DNA of 32,000 nt from Thermofilum adornatum (GTDB lineage: Archaea > Thermoproteota > Thermoprotei > Thermofilales > Thermofilaceae). Below are positions 1-6,454 of this stretch, piece after piece (within the stretch, counting starts at the first letter, position 1; the number at the start of each line of letters is the position of its first letter). Under the pieces are notes generated by a model. The model made no database searches and was not told the origin of the DNA. It worked only from the letters and a program-made list of their open reading frames with translations. The DNA is taken from NCBI RefSeq assembly GCF_000446015.1, contig NC_022093.1:1320001-1352000 (forward strand), read 5' to 3'. The translations under genes and the position numbers were made by a program.

Positions 1-114
1 TACCTGCTCAACTACATCACCATGTTGTTATTGAATTACATCATTATATACCTACCGGATAGAGGCTATCTATTGAATGTCTCTGATTTTCCTTTTCTAT
101 TTGCTTTAACTTAG
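1..114 (+). CDS. 3' end of an unidentified CDS entering from the left edge (partial)
   Basis: Frame 1 is open from base 1 to TAG at 112-114 (YLLNYITMLLLNYIIIYLPDRGYLLNVSDFPFLFALT*). Composition is hydrophobic. A T6 tract at 152-157 could act as an archaeal terminator. No recognisable motif. Confidence 0.25.
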   Translation, partial: YLLNYITMLLLNYIIIYLPDRGYLLNVSDFPFLFALT

Positions 115-201
115 GCCGTTATATGCCTGACAACAAAGTTACTGAACGTAGTTTTTTCCTCTAGAATGTAGACCTGCTTAATGCATGCATCTCTCTTAAC
201 T

Positions 202-732
202 TTAAACACATAAATATGAAGGAGGGATACATTTACAGGTTACGAGGATATACTCACGTGTAATCCTCACATCTACGCATGAGAACCTCTCGGGCAAATT
301 TTTCCTAATATCCTCTAATTGCTTAGCATATAGTTCACTGTTCTTTGAACCTATAAATGAGCCCGGAGTCCAGGTTCCACAGATTATGTAGCCATTTCTT
401 CTAGCCAACTTGCATACATCGCTGAATGGAAAACTGTCTCCAGAGATGCTTGTATCCCAAGCAAAACAGATAATGACATTAAATGCCTCGTTACGGAAGG
501 GAAAAAGGTAGCCATATATTAGCCTTTCAGCCCTCGAGGAATATCCGAGCATCGAGAGACCTTGTCCTCTCGTAATGATAACATATGTGTCTTCTGGGAG
601 GGCTTCCAATAAGAAATGTATCACTTCAGGGGAACCAGTAGCAACCACAAGTACTTTGTCTAAGGATTCTTCTTCTCCAAGTTTAGTTACGAGATCCTTG
701 AGCACATCCTTGAGGAGCATTAAATCCCACAA
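202..732 (-). CDS. Hypothetical protein, weak Rossmann/class-I-methyltransferase-like strand pattern
   Basis: 176-aa ORF divergent from the radical SAM gene. Alternating strand-like segments VLVVATGSPE, TYVIITR, FNVIICFAWD and NGYIICGTW resemble the methyltransferase beta1/beta2/beta4/beta5 order. The Gly-rich SAM loop is not canonical (ATGSPE). Function not assignable. Confidence 0.55.
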   Translation of the reverse strand: MWDLMLLKDVLKDLVTKLGEEESLDKVLVVATGSPEVIHFLLEALPEDTYVIITRGQGLSMLGYSSRAERLIYGYLFPFRNEAFNVIICFAWDTSISGDSFPFSDVCKLARRNGYIICGTWTPGSFIGSKNSELYAKQLEDIRKNLPERFSCVDVRITREYILVTCKCIPPSYLCV

Positions 733-827
733 CCATGTCTCCCTAAATTAATATTTCTATAGCTTTTTCCTATTATATTCCGGTGGCAAAACATAAATAT
801 TGCATCCGCTTAAGCCCTTAGACCTTT

Positions 828-2102
828 ATGAGTCTTCCCGAAGGGCTCCAAATCGAGCCGACCAACAAGTGCAACCTTGCATGTGTAATGTGTGTCAGGA
901 ATACCTGGAGAGGAGAAAAATTCGGACAAATGGATTTTGGTCTCTACCAAAAAATAATAGATGAGACACAGGGTAGCCTAAGGCGCCTAGCACTCTACGG
1001 CTTCGGCGAGCCACTAACACATCCAAGATTCCCAGACATGGTTCGCTACGCCAGAGAAGCTTCAGACTCTACCTACATACTTACAGTTACGAACGGAACT
1101 CTCATGACCCGCGAAATGGCAGAAAAAGTCTTCGGTGCCGGGATAGATGAGGTCGCCTTTTCTATCGACGCCCCAGAGCTGGGACTACTTTCCAAGATAC
1201 GTGTAGGAACAGCTACCTACGATGTTCTTGGAAACCTTTCTAGTGCGGCTAAAATAAAGGATGACTATGATGTAAGGCTGGGCATAACAGTTGTACTGAT
1301 GAAGTGGAACTATAAGTTGCTTCCAGAAATCGCCAGGAAGGCTGAAGAGCTCGGCCTAGACTTCCTCGCCGTCTCCCATCTTGTCCCCTACACCGAGGCA
1401 ATGATGAAAGAAACCGTTTATACAACTGCAAGCAGGCAGGCAGTCGAGTTCTATGAGAAACACGCTGGCGACCTTGAAGAGCTTGCAAAGGAAGCGATTT
1501 ACGACAGTATGCTCCAACACTATACCCTTACTTCGAGTGGGAAAAAACAGCTATACCTCCAGCTCGTCGACAAGCTTGGGAGTTCTGGCTACTCTCTCAA
1601 CGTAGATATTTCAAGGGACGCGGTTCAAAGAAAAGAGTTACTCAGCGAGGTGGAGATGTATATTGAGAAAGCCGCAAGCATAGCAAAAGAGTATGGACTA
1701 GAGGTAAAGCTTCCAAACGTCTATGCAGATGCAAACAAAAGGTCATGCCCCTACATAGACCTAAACTATGCAATGATACTCTGGAACGGAGACGTGGTTC
1801 CATGCATGGATTTAGCCTATACACATCCACTATACACAAACCTCCACCCTAAAACCATCAAGAAGCTCGTTTTTGGCAACGTGGAAAAACAGTCTCTGAG
1901 CGATGTGTGGAGCTCATCAAGTTTCAAGTGGTTTCGTGAGACAAGGAAGAACCTTTCAAAAAATGTTCCCTGGTGTGGGGATTGCCAATTCGCTACGAGA
2001 GACTGCTGGTACATCCGCGTAAACGAGTACGACTGCTACGGAAACGAGGTTGGATGCAACGAATGCATCTATAGTGCTGGGCTAGCCCACTGCCTAATCT
2101 AG
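828..2102 (+). CDS. Radical SAM enzyme with C-terminal SPASM-type auxiliary Fe-S domain
   Basis: CX3CX2C at residues 15-22 (CNLACVMC). C-terminal C-x13-G-x4-C (CPYIDLNYAMILWNGDVVPC) is followed by CGDCQFATRDC...C...CNEC...HC. TATA-like cataaatatt at 792-801 lies about 31 nt upstream of the ATG. Confidence 0.9.
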   Translation: MSLPEGLQIEPTNKCNLACVMCVRNTWRGEKFGQMDFGLYQKIIDETQGSLRRLALYGFGEPLTHPRFPDMVRYAREASDSTYILTVTNGTLMTREMAEKVFGAGIDEVAFSIDAPELGLLSKIRVGTATYDVLGNLSSAAKIKDDYDVRLGITVVLMKWNYKLLPEIARKAEELGLDFLAVSHLVPYTEAMMKETVYTTASRQAVEFYEKHAGDLEELAKEAIYDSMLQHYTLTSSGKKQLYLQLVDKLGSSGYSLNVDISRDAVQRKELLSEVEMYIEKAASIAKEYGLEVKLPNVYADANKRSCPYIDLNYAMILWNGDVVPCMDLAYTHPLYTNLHPKTIKKLVFGNVEKQSLSDVWSSSSFKWFRETRKNLSKNVPWCGDCQFATRDCWYIRVNEYDCYGNEVGCNECIYSAGLAHCLI

Positions 2103-2110
2103 AAGCCCAC

Positions 2111-2130
2111 TTTTCTTTTCATGATGTTTT
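2111..2130 (+). terminator. Oligo-T tracts downstream of the radical SAM gene
   Basis: ttttcttttcatgatgtttt begins 9 nt after the stop codon. Archaeal termination typically uses oligo-T runs. Confidence 0.3.
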
Positions 2131-2143
2131 CCTCGAGACAGCG

Positions 2144-2533
2144 TTATTGGATCGGCACCACTGTATACTGTACTGTGATGACGCCACTTACCTCTCTCAG
2201 TTTAGCAAGGAGACTCCTTAACCTTTTACCCTCTCCCTTTACAGCTAAAATCTCAACGCAGAGGTCTTCACCTAGATGCATATGAAGAGAAGCATGAACT
2301 TCGGGAAAATCATGTTGGAGATCCGTAACCGCGTAGACAGTCTCACCCCTAGAATGGTCGTAGAGAATTACGATAGAGCCCGCATATTTTTTCTCCTCCT
2401 CTAACACGGACACCGAATGGGCCATTATTATGTCTGCTATGAGACGCGACCTGTTATCTATTCTCATCTTTTCGGCCAGCTCCTCCAATGCATTATAAAC
2501 CTCATCGGGAAGAGTAAGGCTAATTCTACGCAT
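2144..2533 (-). CDS. nikR: Nickel-responsive transcriptional regulator NikR (ribbon-helix-helix plus ACT-like Ni-binding domain)
   Basis: N-terminal RHH MRRISLTLPDEVYNALEELA. The C-terminal H-x-H-x5-C motif (HMHLGEDLC), with an upstream His (QHDFPEVH), matches the NikR high-affinity Ni site pattern. Length is 129 aa. Confidence 0.88.
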   Translation of the reverse strand: MRRISLTLPDEVYNALEELAEKMRIDNRSRLIADIIMAHSVSVLEEEKKYAGSIVILYDHSRGETVYAVTDLQHDFPEVHASLHMHLGEDLCVEILAVKGEGKRLRSLLAKLREVSGVITVQYTVVPIQ

Positions 2534-2544
2534 CTTGTACCACG

Positions 2545-2572
2545 GTAATATTTTGCATGGGAAGTATATTAC
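2545..2572. promoter_or_regulatory. Perfect 7-bp inverted repeat GTAATAT-N14-ATATTAC over the nikR promoter (candidate NikR operator)
   Basis: GTAATAT at 2545-2551 and ATATTAC at 2566-2572 lie 12-39 nt upstream of the nikR ATG (2533, minus strand). A dyad with a long spacer is the known architecture of NikR operators. Confidence 0.35.
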
Positions 2573-2846
2573 TCTTGTGGTTTATATGTAGGTTTATCCC
2601 AAACTTGCAGTATGTTTTGCATTGGATACCTCCGTACTGGTCTAGGGATTGTGTACCATCAATTGCTTACTAAAAAGATTGAGCATAAAATATAAGTATT
2701 CTTTATATATCATTTAGTTGACAGGTATGTTGATCTCCCGCAGTTTAAAGGCTATGAAGGCTAATGTTCTCGGCTCCTCCTACCCTAACCCTAGTTATCT
2801 ACCTCATGCAAACAATGCCTATTGTTTTGTATAAGAGGCGCCTTAG

Positions 2847-4289
2847 ATGTATAGTGTTATAGATGTGGGAACAACTGGTGTAAAGCTAGCGGTCTTCGAC
2901 GCAAGCTTAAACAAGATACATTTCGAAAAAACAAGCATTGGATACAAGACCCTACAGACTGGGAGAATAGAACAAGACAGCCAGTTAATGGCGGAAGTTG
3001 TTAAAGGCTATGCAAGAAAAGCAAAATCTCTAGGCGCAAGGAAACTTGCCCTAACAACGTATAGGGCTTCAGTGGTCGCTTGGAATAGGAACGGGTCTCC
3101 CATTTCAAATATTTTGACGTGGATAGATGGGCGAGGAAAAGAAGTAATTGACAGGCTCCCCTCATGGCTAAAGGCATTTTCCGCTCTAAGTTCTTCTATG
3201 AGCCGAATAATTAGGCCTGATACACCTGCCATCCTAATGCGTTGGCTCTATGACAATGTTGAGGGTCTCAGGGAAAAAGTTCTTTCTGGGGAAGCATATG
3301 TCTGGACCCTAGATTCCTTTCTGTTATACTCTCTGACCGGCAGATACGTCTCCGATGTTACAAACTCGACACTTACGGGGCTCGTTCACCCGAAAAACCT
3401 CGAGGCGGTAGACATTGTTTCCTCCATCCTCGGGCTCCCAAAGTCATATCCAGAAATAGTAGATTCTGTTGAGGATTTCGGAGCATTTGAAGGCTTGGAG
3501 ATAAAAGTCTCAATAGCTGATCAGCAGTCGGCATCTGTCTTCCATGGACTCTTAGATCCTGGAAGAGTGGGGAGTGTACATGGCACTGGGAGCTTTGTAG
3601 AGCAGTCTGCAAGTGGCTTTACTATGCCGAAGCAAGGATTAGTTCCAGTGATAATTGCCGGGATAGAGGGCAAAAGGTACTACGGTGTTGAGGGATTTTT
3701 GAGGACGAGTGGAATCGCTGTTGACTGGCTGAGAAACGCAGGCTTCTATTCTACATACGAAGAAATGGAGCAACTTGCCTCTAATGGTAAGCTAAAATCT
3801 ATTCTCTTACCATTCTTTGGCGGGCTACGTGTGCCGGAGGCGCCTGAGCTAAGGGGAGTCATGTTAGGGCTTGACCCGAGCGTGTCGAGGGCGGACGTAT
3901 TGCTTGGACTGGCATGGGGCGTATCGCTATATATTGCCTATCTCCTGAGGACGATCATGGAGACTTGTGGAAAGCCTGTTCAGCCATTATGGACGAGTGG
4001 TGGTTATTCCCAGTCTAACGTGTTTTTACAGACCCTAGCTAATGCAACAGGAATGGAGGTTGCAAGGCCTGTTAGCATAGAGGCCACGATTATGGGTGCC
4101 CTGAAACTTCTCCTGTATTCTGAGGGGAAAATTTCTCTTAAAGAGCTCAAAAATAGCCCATCTCCCTCTCGAGTTTTTAAACCTGAAATAGATGATGTTT
4201 CTCGAGAAAGAATATTTGAAAGCTTTAGAGAGGTTTTAGAGGTGTTGGTAAAATGGGAGAAAAATCCACTGTTAGGAGGGAAGTTTTAG
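2847..4289 (+). CDS. FGGY-family carbohydrate kinase (glycerol-kinase-like, divergent)
   Basis: N-terminal actin-fold phosphate motif VIDVGTTGVKLAVFD. Also has the segment TTYRASVVAWNRNGSPISNILTWIDGRG, an ADQQSA motif and 480 aa length. GAGG at 2835-2838 precedes the ATG. Confidence 0.85.
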   Translation: MYSVIDVGTTGVKLAVFDASLNKIHFEKTSIGYKTLQTGRIEQDSQLMAEVVKGYARKAKSLGARKLALTTYRASVVAWNRNGSPISNILTWIDGRGKEVIDRLPSWLKAFSALSSSMSRIIRPDTPAILMRWLYDNVEGLREKVLSGEAYVWTLDSFLLYSLTGRYVSDVTNSTLTGLVHPKNLEAVDIVSSILGLPKSYPEIVDSVEDFGAFEGLEIKVSIADQQSASVFHGLLDPGRVGSVHGTGSFVEQSASGFTMPKQGLVPVIIAGIEGKRYYGVEGFLRTSGIAVDWLRNAGFYSTYEEMEQLASNGKLKSILLPFFGGLRVPEAPELRGVMLGLDPSVSRADVLLGLAWGVSLYIAYLLRTIMETCGKPVQPLWTSGGYSQSNVFLQTLANATGMEVARPVSIEATIMGALKLLLYSEGKISLKELKNSPSPSRVFKPEIDDVSRERIFESFREVLEVLVKWEKNPLLGGKF

Positions 4290-5650
4290 AGAAGTTGAAA
4301 GAAAAGCTTGGAGAAAAAGTGGCAACCAATGAAGAAGTATTGATGCTTTACAGTAGGGACTACTGGCCACTTGCCTTGTTAAAGGAGACGAAGGGAGAAG
4401 AGCTACCTAGACCCCTAGCTGTAGTCTGGCCCGAGTCGACAGAGGAAGTTACAGAGATAGTAAGGTTGCTTAATGAGTATGGGGTCCCATTTGTTCCATA
4501 TGCCGGTGGCTCAGGCGTAATTGGTGGAACCATCTGTGAAGGCTGTGTAGTGATAGACGTCAAGAGAATGAACAAGATTCTTTCATTCTCTGAGAAAGAC
4601 GCGGTTGTCATAGTCGAGTCCGGCGTGTTGCTTAGAAGGCTCGAAGAATACCTGAACGAGCGGGAATATACGTTAAGGCATGTTCCCCAGAGCTATCCAG
4701 AAGCCGCTATAGGGGGACTAGTTGCCACTATGAGTACAGGACAGTTTAGCACGAAGTACGGCGGCATAGAGGAAATGGTTCTAGATCTAGAAGCAGTGAC
4801 GCCTGAAGGCAAAATAATCCCGTTCCGGAGGAACTTCGTCCCGAGAGCCGCGACGGGACCCGACTTAAAGAGGCTCTTTATAGGCAGCGAGGGGCAACTA
4901 GGAATAATTACAAAGGTAGCATTGAAGGTTTATCCTCTACCAGAGTATCAGTGGAAGAGGGCTTACGCTTTTCCCTCGTTTCTCCATGCCCTCGAAGCCA
5001 TGCGTGAACTTATGCTTAAAGGAGTGGTTCCCGCTGTTGCACGTATATATGATCGGGACGACTCTGCAGCAAGGTTCCATGATGCCAGAGATATTCTTCT
5101 CTTAATTTTTGAGGAGAATGTAGACGAACTATTGAAAGCCAAGGTTACAGTTGCACAAAAGGTTGTCGAAAGACATGGAGGGATAGATGTCGGAGAAGAA
5201 TACGTCGAAAAATGGCTGAAAAATAGGTTTGACGTGATATCAGAGCTAAAGAAACTAGTTGTTCCACTAGACCTGTGGTTTGAGACGATAGAGACATCTG
5301 CCCTCTGGAGCAATTTACCAAGAGTCTACGAGAAGTTTAAGAAAGAAGTAAAAGCCGTTCCAGGTGTCTACGCTGTTCTAGCTCATGCATCACACTTCTA
5401 CACTACTGGTGCATGCATATACTTTACACTCACCTACGATGCAAGAGAAGAAGTATACTGGAAAATGTGGGAAAGAGCAGTACAAGTCCTCCTGGAAAAC
5501 GGAGCAACAATTAGCCACCACCACGGCGTGGGCCTGCTTAGGTCAAAGTGGGTGGGTGAAGAAATCGGCGAAAGCCTGACATATCTCAAGAAAATAAAGG
5601 AGGCCTGGGACCCGAAAAAGCTCTGCAACCCAGGCAAGTGGCTTGGGTGA
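4253..5650 (+). CDS. FAD-linked oxidase family flavoenzyme, alkyl-DHAP-synthase (AGPS)-like signature
   Basis: N-terminal FAD_binding_4-like region (LAVVWPESTEEVTEIVRLLNEYGVPFVPYAGGSGVIGG). C-terminal motifs are ASHFYTTGACIYFT and ISHHHGVGLLRSKW, rather than the HxGDGNxH / GEHGIG motifs of GlcD/D-lactate dehydrogenases. Overlaps the upstream kinase gene by 37 nt. Confidence 0.85.
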   Translation: MGEKSTVRREVLEKLKEKLGEKVATNEEVLMLYSRDYWPLALLKETKGEELPRPLAVVWPESTEEVTEIVRLLNEYGVPFVPYAGGSGVIGGTICEGCVVIDVKRMNKILSFSEKDAVVIVESGVLLRRLEEYLNEREYTLRHVPQSYPEAAIGGLVATMSTGQFSTKYGGIEEMVLDLEAVTPEGKIIPFRRNFVPRAATGPDLKRLFIGSEGQLGIITKVALKVYPLPEYQWKRAYAFPSFLHALEAMRELMLKGVVPAVARIYDRDDSAARFHDARDILLLIFEENVDELLKAKVTVAQKVVERHGGIDVGEEYVEKWLKNRFDVISELKKLVVPLDLWFETIETSALWSNLPRVYEKFKKEVKAVPGVYAVLAHASHFYTTGACIYFTLTYDAREEVYWKMWERAVQVLLENGATISHHHGVGLLRSKWVGEEIGESLTYLKKIKEAWDPKKLCNPGKWLG

Positions 5651-5656
5651 AGTTTT

Positions 5657-6451
5657 TTGGTAAGTCTTACCACCCTAAAGGCTATTAAACTCACTCCGGG
5701 CCTCGTTGCACGTTTCCTAGTGCTCCCCATACACAAGGTGAAAAACCCCTGCATTTATTGTCCCGGAATATGCCTAGCGTCCTGCCCAACATTTGTCAAT
5801 ACGGGAAACATGGTTCTCAGCCCCCTCGGCTATGCAAGATTCCCGAACCTCGCCCGAGAAAAATGCCTCAAGTGCTGGCTCTGTGTATACGAGTGTCCCG
5901 TCGAATTCCCACTTCCAGACACATTCAACAAAGAGCCCGTTGTACTCGAAGAGGTAAGCTATAAGCCTGGAGGAATAATCCTTGTAGCGGAACAAGATAT
6001 AGACGCAGAGCTAGCGAGTATTCTTTCGGATAAACTTGGCACAGGTCTACTAGTCATAAGAGGAATTAAGAACCGTTATACCCATGGGGGCCCAATAGAT
6101 GAAAAAAGCGTAAAAAAGATAAAAAAGAGACTCGCAAAAGCAGAACTAGCTCTGGCAGTATCTCCAGAGACTGCGCACACTCTGAACATAAATCCATTAA
6201 TCCTTAAACTCCCAGCTCTAGGAGTCAAAGTCAGCTACGCGGGGCCCGTCCATATACCCTGTCTCTTAAGGAAGTACAAAGACGAATTGTTAGATGCCCT
6301 CGAGAAACTTGGGGTAGCGCTCACATCAATCAATGAGGAATGTGTAAAGCTCTCTATGAAGAAAGATGTCCTCTACTTGTGTCCAGAGGCTAAAAATAGA
6401 GGAGGAAAGGTTGTCTATGATTTACTTCTGAGTTCTATGGGTACACACTGA
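5657..6451 (+). CDS. Fe-S cluster protein, GlpC/GlcF-like (two ferredoxin-type Cys motifs, degenerate CCG-like C-terminus)
   Basis: Carries CIYCPGICLASCP and CLKCWLCVYECP. The C-terminal part (VHIPCLLRKY...EECVKLS...LYLCPE) resembles a degraded CCG domain. The start is uncertain: TTG at 5657 or GTG at 5738. Confidence 0.7.
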   Translation: MVSLTTLKAIKLTPGLVARFLVLPIHKVKNPCIYCPGICLASCPTFVNTGNMVLSPLGYARFPNLAREKCLKCWLCVYECPVEFPLPDTFNKEPVVLEEVSYKPGGIILVAEQDIDAELASILSDKLGTGLLVIRGIKNRYTHGGPIDEKSVKKIKKRLAKAELALAVSPETAHTLNINPLILKLPALGVKVSYAGPVHIPCLLRKYKDELLDALEKLGVALTSINEECVKLSMKKDVLYLCPEAKNRGGKVVYDLLLSSMGTH

Positions 6452-6454
6452 AAG

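Noticed and set aside
748-781. Imperfect dyad TTAATAT-N20-ATATTCC in the radical SAM / 176-aa divergent promoter, as a possible second NikR site
   Set aside because: Its spacer (20 nt) and arm ends differ from the nikR-proximal dyad (N14). It is probably just the two divergent TATA regions.
1401-1407. C-box-like ATGATGA heptamers inside coding regions (also at 15356-15362 on the minus strand, and at 19904-19910 and 25717-25723)
   Set aside because: None has D', C' and D boxes at the 12-nt guide spacing, and all lie within or antisense to CDSs. They are most likely chance occurrences.
2727-2834. The 35-aa small ORF as a RiPP precursor for the nearby radical SAM/SPASM enzyme
   Set aside because: It is separated from the rSAM gene by nikR and sits upstream of the kinase operon. 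It has only one Cys and no leader/core-like features. It is kept only as a possible uORF.
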